A DNA stretch of 39,252 nucleotides from a virus. Under the pieces are notes generated by a model that was not told the origin of the DNA, searched no databases, and worked only from the letters and a program-made list of their open reading frames with translations. Position 1 is the first letter of the stretch. Each line of letters opens with the position of its first letter. This document shows, in pieces, positions 1 to 8,474 of this stretch. The stretch lies in the IMG/VR virus record IMGVR_UViG_3300042750_000005, positions 1 to 39,252 of that record. One strand, 5' to 3'. The translations under genes were made by a program, and so were the position numbers.

Positions 1-127
1 GCAGTTCGCTGGCGCTGACCACCAGTTCCTTTGTGTCGGTGTATTTTGTCCCGGCTTTTGACGCCACAAACTACCCCAAACTGTCAGGCAATAACCTTGC
101 CGAGGTGAACTATTTTGTCGGCAACAT
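1..127. repeat. Terminal direct repeat, copy 1 (identical to 39126..39252)
   Basis: Bases 1-127 match the last 127 bases of the window base for base. The repeat lies inside an ORF, so it looks like a circular-assembly overlap rather than a non-coding physical terminal repeat. Confidence 0.95.
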
Positions 128-296
128 CCAGTTTTACCCGGCGACACTGAGCGCCGAAGTGATTTACGAAGGCTTGCAGGGTGTCCCGATCCCCAATGTG
201 CCGTTCAAAACAGTCCTGAAAAGCAGCCTTGGGGTGTCGATGCCCGCAAGCGGCAACACGCTTGATCTGTATCCGCAAATGGAGGCGGTTCCCTGA
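1..296 (+). CDS. 3' part of the wrap-around CDS that starts at 38954; hypothetical beta-rich virion-module protein, 155 aa when joined
   Basis: The frame of ORF 33..296 is continuous with ATG 38954 once 39126 is equated with position 1. The stop TGA at 294-296 overlaps the next ATG as TGATG. Confidence 0.7.
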   Translation, partial: SSLALTTSSFVSVYFVPAFDATNYPKLSGNNLAEVNYFVGNIQFYPATLSAEVIYEGLQGVPIPNVPFKTVLKSSLGVSMPASGNTLDLYPQMEAVP

Positions 297-1126
297 TGGC
301 TGACGGTTTTGTCCGTTCCGGCTTGCTACGTCCTGACTGGACCAACAATATCAATACTGGTCTTGCAGGATGGTGGGCGCTGCGCGAGGGCTGCGGCGTT
401 AAAGCGAGCGACATTTCCGGCGAGGGTAATACCGGCACCCTGACGAGCGGCCCGCTATGGTCTGGCGGCGGATTAAAATTTGACGGGACGAACGATTATG
501 TCAATGCCGGGACGATGGGGGCGTTCGGATCGCAGATTAAAAATTCCGCCTTTTTCTGTGTGTTCAGGAAAACCGGCACAGCTATTGCCGCCCTGACCGG
601 CACGTTTAATACAGGCGCTGTCACCGGGTTTTCTGTCGAAGTAAACGAAGACCAAACCGGCGCGAATGTCGCCGGGAAGTTTCGGGGGTTTCTCCGCGAC
701 ACCGCCGGGAATCAACTAGTCTTCGCCAACACAACCGCCGTTTCTCCAAATGACGGCGAGTGGCACACGCTGACCATAATATTCGGGGTAACCGCAACCA
801 CCGGCGCGATTATATACGATGGGCAGAGCTTGCCGCTGACCCACAACAATACCGGCACTGTCGGGGCGTCGGCCAATTTCGGGTTTCCGTTGACCTTAGG
901 CGCGCGCAACAACCGCGCCACAATAGACCTGTTTTCCCCTGGCTCTATCGCCACCGCACGTTTGTGGAACCGGACGCTAAAAATTGAGGAGGCTTTGCGC
1001 CTTCATCAGAACCCGAATATCGGTCTGTGGGTTCCTGACACTGCACGGTATCGTGCGACCCCTGCTGCGGGTGGCGCTGACGTGAGGAGCCATATAATTC
1101 CCGCGTATATGAGGATAGCGGCATGA
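296..1126 (+). CDS. LamG / concanavalin-A-like lectin domain protein (fibre or receptor-binding candidate)
   Basis: 276 aa. It carries GLKFDGTNDYVNAG, EWHTLTIIF...IIYDGQ and a C-terminal ARLWNRTLKIEEALRL, the usual Laminin_G_3 signature. It is translationally coupled on both sides. Confidence 0.7.
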   Translation: MADGFVRSGLLRPDWTNNINTGLAGWWALREGCGVKASDISGEGNTGTLTSGPLWSGGGLKFDGTNDYVNAGTMGAFGSQIKNSAFFCVFRKTGTAIAALTGTFNTGAVTGFSVEVNEDQTGANVAGKFRGFLRDTAGNQLVFANTTAVSPNDGEWHTLTIIFGVTATTGAIIYDGQSLPLTHNNTGTVGASANFGFPLTLGARNNRATIDLFSPGSIATARLWNRTLKIEEALRLHQNPNIGLWVPDTARYRATPAAGGADVRSHIIPAYMRIAA

Positions 1127-2136
1127 GACAAATCCAGAAGGGTTCAGTTGACCGCTCGGTTGATCTTTATATCATCGACGCAACGGACGGAACCCCGGAA
1201 GTCGGCGTACTGTACAACACGGCGGGGATTGACCTTAAATATCGCCGTGATCTGTCCGCTGCGGTGAGCATAACCGAGGCGACACTCGCAGCCCTGACAA
1301 CCGCCCACACTGACGGCGGATTCCTTGAAATTGGCAATGGCGTGTACCGGCTGGACGTGCCTGATGCAGCATGGGCGACGGGCGCGGATCATGTGACTAT
1401 ATTCGGAACCGTGACAGGAATGATCGTCCTGCCCGTGACAGTACAGCTTGTGGCGTATGATCCGGAATCAGCGCTGGCGACACCAACAAATATTACGGCG
1501 GCGACGGGCGTTGTCCTGTCCGGCGTGACGCACACGGGCGCGGTTATCCCGACCGTGACGACGCTGACCGGACATACGGCGCAGACAGGCGACAGTTTCG
1601 CGCGGATTGGCGCGACAGGTTCCGGGCTTACTTCACTGGCGTCCCAGGCGTCTGTAAACACGATAGACGACTTCCTTGACACAGAGGTTGCCGCGATACT
1701 GGCGGCGGTCGATACCGAGGTCGCCACAATCATTACCGATGTTGCGGCTGTAAAATCAGACACCGCTGCGATTCTGATCGACACCGGGACCACCCTGGAC
1801 GCGCGCATACCCGCAGCCCTGACCGCTGGTGGCAATATGAAATCGGATGCGCTGGCGATCAACGGCAACACCACTTCTGCGGCGGTGCTGGCCATCCTGA
1901 ACGGTGCAACGGTGGTCTATCAGGGGACTGTCACGGGCGCAGCAACGACGACGACATTGGTTGACTCTGGATTGACGCAGGCGGCGGACGGTTGGTGGAT
2001 TGGGCGCATTATCATTTTCACGTCCGTAATCACCATGCAGGCGACAGACATAACAGGGTTTACGGCGGCAACCGACACGTTGACGTTCACAGCCGTAACC
2101 AGCGCCCCGACTGGGGCAAGTTACATTATTATCTGA
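1123..2136 (+). CDS. Fibre-like structural protein with repeated DTxxAxI shaft motif
   Basis: 337 aa, rich in Thr, Ala and Gly. The central segment reads DTEVAAILAAVDTEVATIITDVAAVKSDTAAILIDTGTTLD. ATGA overlap with the LamG gene. Confidence 0.5.
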   Translation: MRQIQKGSVDRSVDLYIIDATDGTPEVGVLYNTAGIDLKYRRDLSAAVSITEATLAALTTAHTDGGFLEIGNGVYRLDVPDAAWATGADHVTIFGTVTGMIVLPVTVQLVAYDPESALATPTNITAATGVVLSGVTHTGAVIPTVTTLTGHTAQTGDSFARIGATGSGLTSLASQASVNTIDDFLDTEVAAILAAVDTEVATIITDVAAVKSDTAAILIDTGTTLDARIPAALTAGGNMKSDALAINGNTTSAAVLAILNGATVVYQGTVTGAATTTTLVDSGLTQAADGWWIGRIIIFTSVITMQATDITGFTAATDTLTFTAVTSAPTGASYIII

Positions 2137-2137
2137 T

Positions 2138-2548
2138 ATGGCGCGGATTATCCAGCTTAGGCCTCAGAGCGGCACAAAGCGCCGGTATGGTTCGTTTGCG
2201 GGCCGAGTAGAGGTTGCCGCCGTTGCGGTTGGCGGAGGCAAAAGGGCGCGCTGGACCTATATCACGAACGACCGTGATGCGGTTGAAGCCCTTGAGCCGG
2301 AACAGAAAAAACAACGGCTTAAAATTGTAAAAAAGCGCGAACCACAGCGCGCCGAAAAAACATTTGACAATGTACATAATTTAACCGTAGATTACGACGC
2401 AGCGCCGGTTTTGCAGGCGTCGGAAGCGATATTGAGGATATTAACGCCGCAAGGTGTGGCTCTTGACCCGCTTGGCCACAGCGGCGACGTTCTGACGATA
2501 CGGCGCAATGACGAAGATGCGATTTTGTTGCTCTTGATGGAAATATAG
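2138..2548 (+). CDS. Hypothetical protein
   Basis: 136-aa ORF packed tightly in the operon. No motif recognised. Confidence 0.5.
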   Translation: MARIIQLRPQSGTKRRYGSFAGRVEVAAVAVGGGKRARWTYITNDRDAVEALEPEQKKQRLKIVKKREPQRAEKTFDNVHNLTVDYDAAPVLQASEAILRILTPQGVALDPLGHSGDVLTIRRNDEDAILLLLMEI

Positions 2549-2803
2549 ATGGAAGACCGTGTGCGCAGAGGGGCGGAAGCCCGCCAGATACTGGAAAATC
2601 CGATGGTTGTGGCCGCATTCCGGGCGATTGAGGACGAATTAGTGTCAAAGTGGCGGATGTCCGGGGTTATGGAAAACGCGGCGCGCGAGGAATTATACCG
2701 GATGAACGCTGCGATGCGCATGTTCAGGGCAAGATTTGAAGCTGAGATTGTGGGTGCGGAAATGGCCTATGCCCAGGCGAAACAACGAGGGATTGAACCG
2801 TGA
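2549..2803 (+). CDS. Hypothetical helical protein upstream of the scaffold gene
   Basis: 84-aa ORF. The start abuts the previous stop, and the 3' end overlaps the next GTG start. Confidence 0.5.
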   Translation: MEDRVRRGAEARQILENPMVVAAFRAIEDELVSKWRMSGVMENAAREELYRMNAAMRMFRARFEAEIVGAEMAYAQAKQRGIEP

Positions 2804-3729
2804 GCGACGAACCGGGATTTAATGACAGGCTTGAATCGGCTCTGGCGGTGCTTGATGAAAGCCCGGAAGACACCGGCGCTCCACCTGAAACAGAAGACGC
2901 CCCCATCCCGCAGAGCGGGGATGATGCTCCCGAACAGGTAGAGCAGGAAACAGAATTATCCGAAACGGACGACCGGGAAACCGTCATTGATCCGCCGGAT
3001 TCATGGCCCGCAGACGCGCGGGAGAAATTTGCAGCGCTGCCCAGCGACCTTAAACAAGTCATCGCGGAACGGGAAGCAGAGCAAAAGAGCGCGTTCAACA
3101 GGACCATAAATGAAGCCGCCGAAGCAAAGCGCAAGGCGGAATCAACCGGACAGCACCTTGCTGAAACCCTCAATACATATCTCGCCAGAGTTGCGGCCTT
3201 CGACCCAATCCTGAGTGAAGGCATGAATACCGACTGGACCGCGCTTGCCAGGGAAGACCCCATAGCATGGGTTGAGAGAAAGGCGGCGTATGACCAGCGT
3301 ATTCAGGACTACAGTCAGGCGCGTGCGCAGCAAGAACAGCTTGCGCATGCGGAAATTGTACAAAGAAAAGCTGTCGAATCCCAAAAACTGCTTGAGCGCA
3401 TCCCTGAATGGAAGGACCAGAAGGCGTATGACGCTGACCGGCCCCGGATTTTGGAGGCGGGCAAGCATTACGGATTCACGGAAGCTGAACTCTCGAATGT
3501 AATGGATCACCGCGCGGTAGCGATGCTGCGCGATGCGATGCTTTACAGGAAAGGGCAGGCGGACAAGACGGCTTTGGAGGCTAAAAAGGTTGTTCCTTTC
3601 AAGGGGAAAACCCAGGCTCCGGGCAGAACTGTAGACAGGGCAGGCAAGCAGTCCATCATCGATAAAATCTCATCCACCACCAATCTGCATGACCGCGCGG
3701 CTCTGGTGGCGAGCATGATTGGAGACTGA
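2800..3729 (+). CDS. Putative scaffolding protein
   Basis: 309 aa with a very acidic N-terminus, Glu/Lys/Ala-rich helical character, and a position immediately upstream of the major capsid gene. The call is by position and composition only. Confidence 0.5.
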   Translation: MSDEPGFNDRLESALAVLDESPEDTGAPPETEDAPIPQSGDDAPEQVEQETELSETDDRETVIDPPDSWPADAREKFAALPSDLKQVIAEREAEQKSAFNRTINEAAEAKRKAESTGQHLAETLNTYLARVAAFDPILSEGMNTDWTALAREDPIAWVERKAAYDQRIQDYSQARAQQEQLAHAEIVQRKAVESQKLLERIPEWKDQKAYDADRPRILEAGKHYGFTEAELSNVMDHRAVAMLRDAMLYRKGQADKTALEAKKVVPFKGKTQAPGRTVDRAGKQSIIDKISSTTNLHDRAALVASMIGD

Positions 3730-3730
3730 T

Positions 3731-4666
3731 ATGGCTATTTTTACCAATACCTTTCTGACTTTCAGCGCGATTGGCAACCGTGAAGACCTGTCGGATATGA
3801 TCTACAATATTTCCCCCACTGAAACGCCGTTTATGGGCGCGATTGGGAAAACCACGGCGTCGGCGGTTCTGCATGAATGGCAGACGGATGCGCTGGCGGC
3901 GGCGGGGGCGAACGCGCAACTGGAAGGTGATGAAACATCTTTCGGGGCGGTTACCGCTACTTCCCGGCTTGGAAACCGCTGCCAGATCAGCAGCAAGTCT
4001 GTTGTGGTTTCCGGCACTCAGGATGAAGTGAAGAAAGCGGGCCGTACCCGTGAAATGACCTACCAGCTTATGCTGCGGTCGAAAGAGCTTCGCAATGATC
4101 AGGAGTTCACCCTGACCAACAATCAGGCCCCGGTGGTTGGCAACAGCACTACCGCGCGGGCGTTGCGCCCCCTATGTTCATGGTATACCACGAATGATAG
4201 CCGTGGCGCTTCTGGGGCTGACGGCTCCACCACCACGGCGGCGACGGACGGCACCCAACGGGCGCTTACGGAAAGCCTGTGCAAGACTGTCATGCAGAAC
4301 GTATGGACTGCTGGCGGCGATGTTGACATGTGGATGACGGGTGCTTTTAACAAGACGGTGATTTCCGGGTTTTCCGGCAATCATACCCGCACCCAGGACA
4401 CTGTGAACAAGAAGCTGGTGACGGCGCTGGATGTGTACGCTTCCGATTTCGGCACGCACAAGATTGTCGCCAACAGGTTCAGCCGGTCCCGCGACCTTCA
4501 TATGCTGGATACGAGCATGTGGGCTATGGCGGTGCTTCGCCCGACCAAGACCTACGATCTGGCGAAAACCGGCGACGCAACTAAAGCGCTGGTGTTGACG
4601 GAATACACGCTGGAAGCCCGTAATGAGGCGGCTAGCGGCATTGTGGCCGATCTAACCACATCGTAA
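3731..4666 (+). CDS. Major capsid protein, SU10-type (HK97-fold family)
   Basis: The N-terminus MAIFTNTFLTFSAIGNREDLSDMIYNISPTETPFMGAIGKTTASAVLHEWQTDAL matches the SU10 major-capsid family signature. GGAGA sits 5 nt before ATG 3731, so I prefer it to the track start 3719. Confidence 0.85.
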   Translation: MAIFTNTFLTFSAIGNREDLSDMIYNISPTETPFMGAIGKTTASAVLHEWQTDALAAAGANAQLEGDETSFGAVTATSRLGNRCQISSKSVVVSGTQDEVKKAGRTREMTYQLMLRSKELRNDQEFTLTNNQAPVVGNSTTARALRPLCSWYTTNDSRGASGADGSTTTAATDGTQRALTESLCKTVMQNVWTAGGDVDMWMTGAFNKTVISGFSGNHTRTQDTVNKKLVTALDVYASDFGTHKIVANRFSRSRDLHMLDTSMWAMAVLRPTKTYDLAKTGDATKALVLTEYTLEARNEAASGIVADLTTS

Positions 4667-4675
4667 CAACCATAG

Positions 4676-4698
4676 AGGGGCGGGCTATGCCCGTCTCT
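4676..4698 (+). terminator. Stem-loop just after the capsid gene (attenuator or RNA-stability hairpin candidate)
   Basis: AGGGGCGGGC-tat-GCCCGTCTCT gives about a 10-bp stem with two G-U pairs and a 3-nt loop. No T-tract follows. Confidence 0.35.
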
Positions 4699-4718
4699 CC
4701 CACCTATTGGAGATATTT

Positions 4719-5027
4719 ATGGATAATGTGGATTTGATCCCGGATGACCTTGAAAGGGAATCCGGCATGGCGGCGAAGGCGCTGGAAGCTGTAAAGCGAA
4801 ACGCCATCAAGGAAGCCCGCAAAAGCGCTACCCCTCTCAAGGTTATTGAGGCTCAAGCCAAGGATGAAGCAATGGTCCGGTTTGTGGTTACGACAGAGCT
4901 CAGGCCGTGGGCGATGGGCCAGCCGATGGAGCATAACCAGATTTATGAGATTATGCGCTGGGAGGCTGATTTGATTGCGGCAAACGGACACGGCGTCATC
5001 ATCCCGGAGGGCAAAGACCATGGCTAA
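4719..5027 (+). CDS. Hypothetical protein
   Basis: GGAGA lies 5 nt before ATG 4719. 102 aa. Confidence 0.5.
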   Translation: MDNVDLIPDDLERESGMAAKALEAVKRNAIKEARKSATPLKVIEAQAKDEAMVRFVVTTELRPWAMGQPMEHNQIYEIMRWEADLIAANGHGVIIPEGKDHG

Positions 5028-5442
5028 CATTATGCAGACTGCGGACGGCGCGCTTGACATTGCCGGGAAAGACCTGAAAAGCGGCGGTTTTGTCGTCGCG
5101 AGTTGCGAATATACCGCCTCCACTGTGGACAAGGTGTTTTCAACCATGAATCGCCGGATGATTGTGAAAGCGATTACCGGCTTTGTGACTGTTGCGGGAA
5201 CTGGTGGCGCGGCTACGGCTACGATCCGCAAGGTTCCCAGCGGCACCGCTCTGGCGTCTGGAACGGCGCTGCACAGTGGATCGTTCAACTTTGTCGGCAC
5301 GGCGGTTACAGTGCAGGATTTGACGCTTAGCACCACGCTTTCGGACCTGATTCTTGAAGATGGCGACTCTCTTGCGATTGACTGCACCGGAACGCTGACA
5401 TCTGCGACCGGGGTTATCTCCGTTCACATGGCCCCCGCATAA
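5020..5442 (+). CDS. Hypothetical virion-module protein (decoration or accessory candidate)
   Basis: GGAGG lies 9 nt before ATG 5020 (MANIMQTADG...). 140 aa, beta-rich and Thr/Ala/Gly-rich. Confidence 0.5.
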   Translation: MANIMQTADGALDIAGKDLKSGGFVVASCEYTASTVDKVFSTMNRRMIVKAITGFVTVAGTGGAATATIRKVPSGTALASGTALHSGSFNFVGTAVTVQDLTLSTTLSDLILEDGDSLAIDCTGTLTSATGVISVHMAPA

Positions 5443-5741
5443 TGGAGACGCTTCATGTCGGCGTAACCGGCACTAGCGTCACCACTGGCGCGGCCAGCAA
5501 AACGGCCATCCCTGTTGCCGCCAACGGCGTCTCGGCCCGCAGGGTGGCGATTATGGCAGTGGGCGCTGCGGCTGTATATGCGTATGTGCGCCCTACCCAG
5601 AACGCGAACGGGGCCACGACCGACATACCCGTTTATACCGGCGCGCCACCGCTGATTCTGAACGTGCAGGGCTTTACGCATATCGGGCATATTGAGGGAA
5701 CCACGGCGGCGGTAATCAAAATCATTCCACTGGAGGACTGA
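5442..5741 (+). CDS. Hypothetical virion-module protein
   Basis: 99 aa. TAATG overlap upstream and TGATG overlap downstream. Confidence 0.5.
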   Translation: METLHVGVTGTSVTTGAASKTAIPVAANGVSARRVAIMAVGAAAVYAYVRPTQNANGATTDIPVYTGAPPLILNVQGFTHIGHIEGTTAAVIKIIPLED

Positions 5742-6061
5742 TGCGACTTCCGCTTGGTGTTTCGTATGGGGATATTGAAGAACATGTCCATATGGATGCC
5801 GATGGCAATCCAGAGGGCATCGAGTACACCCAGGATGTGCAGAGCGTTGTGGACTGGTGCCATGAAGCTACTGACGAGACGCATGGGCGGGAAATGCGCC
5901 ACGTTGGCCGCTATCCTATCGGCGAATTGCTGGTCTATGGCCGGATAAACGGGATTAACGATCCGTGCTGGTATCTGAAAAAAGAATACAGCGACCTGCT
6001 TGGGAAGCTGGTGAACGATAGCGGCCATGACCGGCTGCGGGTGTGGAAAGGGCGTGTATAA
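5741..6061 (+). CDS. Hypothetical virion-module protein
   Basis: 106 aa and translationally coupled. Confidence 0.5.
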   Translation: MRLPLGVSYGDIEEHVHMDADGNPEGIEYTQDVQSVVDWCHEATDETHGREMRHVGRYPIGELLVYGRINGINDPCWYLKKEYSDLLGKLVNDSGHDRLRVWKGRV

Positions 6062-6711
6062 TGGCTATCTCCACCTACGCGGAGCTCAAAAGTGCAGTTT
6101 CAAACTGGCTGGAACGCTCCAATCTCACGGCCCGGATTCCTGAATTTATCGCCGCTGGTGAAGCCAATATCCATTACGGGATCAGGTCGCCGACTGCATG
6201 GATAAGCGAGCCTTTGCGTGTCCGGGCGATGGAAACATCCGCTGACATAACAATCGACGCACAGACCGAGGCGCTCCCAACGGGCTTTCTGGCGGCACGG
6301 CGGCTGTATCTGGACGGCTCCCCGAAAGTGAACCTCGAACTTTTGTCTCCGATTGACTTTTGGGGGCAGGACACCACGACAACCGGGAAGCCTGCATATT
6401 TCACGGCGGAATCTGATAATCTGGTGTTTTCCCCCGCCCCGGATGGCAGTTACACCGGTAAGCTGCTATACTGGAAGGCGTTTACATCTCTAAGCGCGGA
6501 TGGTGACACGAACTGGTTACTGACCAATCATTCGTCTGTCTATCTTGAGGCGGCGCTTTATCAGGCGCATGCGTTTTCGAGAAATGATGAGCAGTCGGAG
6601 CGGCATTTGCAAAAGCTGGCTGTGTCTGTCAATGCGCTCAATTCAGCCAATACTAGCGACAGGTTCGGAGGCGCGCCGCTCAAGATCAGGCTTGGGAATT
6701 TTGTGGTATGA
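6061..6711 (+). CDS. Putative head-tail adaptor or tail accessory protein (positional analogue of P22 gp4)
   Basis: The N-terminus MAISTYAELKSAVSNWLERSNLTARIPEFIAAGE is a motif I associate with podovirus adaptor-type proteins. The position after the capsid block fits. TAATG start at 6061. Confidence 0.35.
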   Translation: MAISTYAELKSAVSNWLERSNLTARIPEFIAAGEANIHYGIRSPTAWISEPLRVRAMETSADITIDAQTEALPTGFLAARRLYLDGSPKVNLELLSPIDFWGQDTTTTGKPAYFTAESDNLVFSPAPDGSYTGKLLYWKAFTSLSADGDTNWLLTNHSSVYLEAALYQAHAFSRNDEQSERHLQKLAVSVNALNSANTSDRFGGAPLKIRLGNFVV

Positions 6712-8147
6712 CGCCGTTCGCCAAATACCGCCCGGACGTTGCCGCGATTGATAGCGGTTATACCAGCATATGCAGCAATGTGCTTTCGTCTGGCGGCTCT
6801 TACCGGCCCCTTGCTTCGTATACGGCGTTCTCATCCGCTTTGACGGCGAAGTGCCAGGGTGCCATTTCCGCTATTGATACGGACGGAACGTCCTACACTT
6901 TCGCGGGTGACGCCACGAAGCTATATCTGCTGACCAACAGCACGTTCGGCGATGTCTCCAAAGGTGGGGGATATACAACCCCCGCCCCGAAATGGTGCTT
7001 TGAAGTGTTTGGCCGCAATCTTATCGCGGTCAATGGGGCAAACACGCCGCAACGATGGCTGTTTGGCACAAGTGCATTATTCGCCGATCTTGGCGGAACT
7101 CCGCCTGTTGCAAAATATATCGCTATTTGCCGGGAATTTGTCTTTCTGGGCAATATTTCCAGTTTTCCGAACAGGGTGCAATGGTCCGGTTTTAACGATT
7201 CAGCGCAATGGACGGCGGGGACAAACCAGTCGGATTATCAGGATTTACTGAGCGGCGGCGACGTTAGAGGCCTTGTTGGCGGTGAAACCATCACGATATT
7301 CATGCGCGATACGATCCATTATGGAACCTACGTGGGCGGCGATCTGATCTTCCAGTTTGACGAAATCGGAGAGGGCATCGGCTGCATCGCGCAAGGCAGC
7401 ATCGCTACCGTGGGGCAGTCGATCTATTTTATAGATCGTGGCGGCTTCTACATGCTGCGCGGCGGTCAGATTGTCGGGATCGGCGAAGGCAAGGTTGACC
7501 GCACATTCATGGCGGACCTGAACCAGAATTTTGTCGATAATATTTCAACGGTTGTCGATCTGGCCAATAACACTGTGATTTGGAGTTACCCGTCTGTTGC
7601 ATCGGCAACAGGCCTGAATGATAAAATCATCATGTATAATTGGGTTGATCAGGAGTTTACCCCCGGCACATTGAGCGCGGAGTATGTTTTTCTGTCCCGG
7701 ACAGCATCATACACGCTGGAAGGGCTTGATGCACTTGGGTACACGCTTGATACGCTTCCGTTCAGTCTGGACTCCTCTTACTGGGCGGGCGGCAATATCA
7801 GTATCGGGGTGTTCAATTCATCCCATATTCTGGGGTATTTGACCGGAACGCCTCTGGCTGCGGTTGTGGCGACCCCTGAAATTACATCTTCACCCGGACG
7901 GCGGGCCTATATCGACAGCGGCGTTCCTGTAGTGGATACAGCCGATGCGACGGTCGCCGTGGCGGCGCGTGAGCGATACGCGGATGCGCTTGTTTATACC
8001 GATGAGAGCGCTATCGGCACAGCCGGGTATTGCGGAATAAACCAGAGCGGGCGGACATTCACGGCAAGGGTCAGCATCCCGGCGGGAACGACATGGACGC
8101 AGGCTGAGGGTATTCATTTGATTGTACGTGACGATGGTGTAGTATGA
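6708..8147 (+). CDS. Putative tail hub or tail accessory protein (size and position analogue of P22 gp10)
   Basis: 479 aa, beta-rich, ATGA-coupled. The call rests on gene order and size only. Confidence 0.35.
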   Translation: MTPFAKYRPDVAAIDSGYTSICSNVLSSGGSYRPLASYTAFSSALTAKCQGAISAIDTDGTSYTFAGDATKLYLLTNSTFGDVSKGGGYTTPAPKWCFEVFGRNLIAVNGANTPQRWLFGTSALFADLGGTPPVAKYIAICREFVFLGNISSFPNRVQWSGFNDSAQWTAGTNQSDYQDLLSGGDVRGLVGGETITIFMRDTIHYGTYVGGDLIFQFDEIGEGIGCIAQGSIATVGQSIYFIDRGGFYMLRGGQIVGIGEGKVDRTFMADLNQNFVDNISTVVDLANNTVIWSYPSVASATGLNDKIIMYNWVDQEFTPGTLSAEYVFLSRTASYTLEGLDALGYTLDTLPFSLDSSYWAGGNISIGVFNSSHILGYLTGTPLAAVVATPEITSSPGRRAYIDSGVPVVDTADATVAVAARERYADALVYTDESAIGTAGYCGINQSGRTFTARVSIPAGTTWTQAEGIHLIVRDDGVV

Positions 8148-8473
8148 CGCTGACGCGCACACTTCCGCCTGTTCCGGCTCCCGGCACGATGGATTTGCGC
8201 GTTATTGTAAATGCGATCCGCAACATATTCCGGCTCCGGCTGGATGCGGTTGGAGAGGTGACATTAACGATAAATGTGGCGTCAACGGTTGTGACAGACA
8301 TAAGGGTGGGAACGAATAGCGCGGTTGTGCTGGTTCCCATGACGGCGGTTGCGGCTACAGAAGTGGGAAATGGAACGATTTATGTCAGCACGGTGGCGAG
8401 CGAGACGTTCACCCTGACGCATGCAAACAGCGCAACAGCGGGCCGCACTTTCCGCTACATCGTGATGGGGTGA
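8144..8473 (+). CDS. Hypothetical small virion protein
   Basis: 109 aa, ATGA-coupled. Confidence 0.5.
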   Translation: MTLTRTLPPVPAPGTMDLRVIVNAIRNIFRLRLDAVGEVTLTINVASTVVTDIRVGTNSAVVLVPMTAVAATEVGNGTIYVSTVASETFTLTHANSATAGRTFRYIVMG

Positions 8474-8474
8474 T

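Noticed and set aside
1-127. The end repeat interpreted as genuine T7-like direct terminal repeats.
   Set aside because: The repeat is entirely inside a coding sequence, and its length of exactly 127 bp matches a common maximum assembler k-mer. This remains open until read-end analysis is done.
2261-2278. ATCACG-N6-CGTGAT inverted repeat with the same arms as the 33241 operator-like site.
   Set aside because: It lies inside a coding region, has a different spacer length (6 instead of 4) and has no nearby promoter. It is probably coincidental and is mentioned only for a genome-wide motif count.
4704-5387. Long antisense ORFs in the track. Examples: 4704..5387 minus (227 aa), 1389..1895 minus, 15212..15895 minus, 29642..30259 minus, 35748..36239 minus, 37887..38423 minus, 38314..39192 minus.
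   Set aside because: They lie entirely opposite well-supported, motif-bearing, translationally coupled genes. Their products are Arg/Ser/Pro/Ala-rich and low-complexity, as is typical of shadow frames in GC-rich coding DNA. They also lack ribosome-binding sites.
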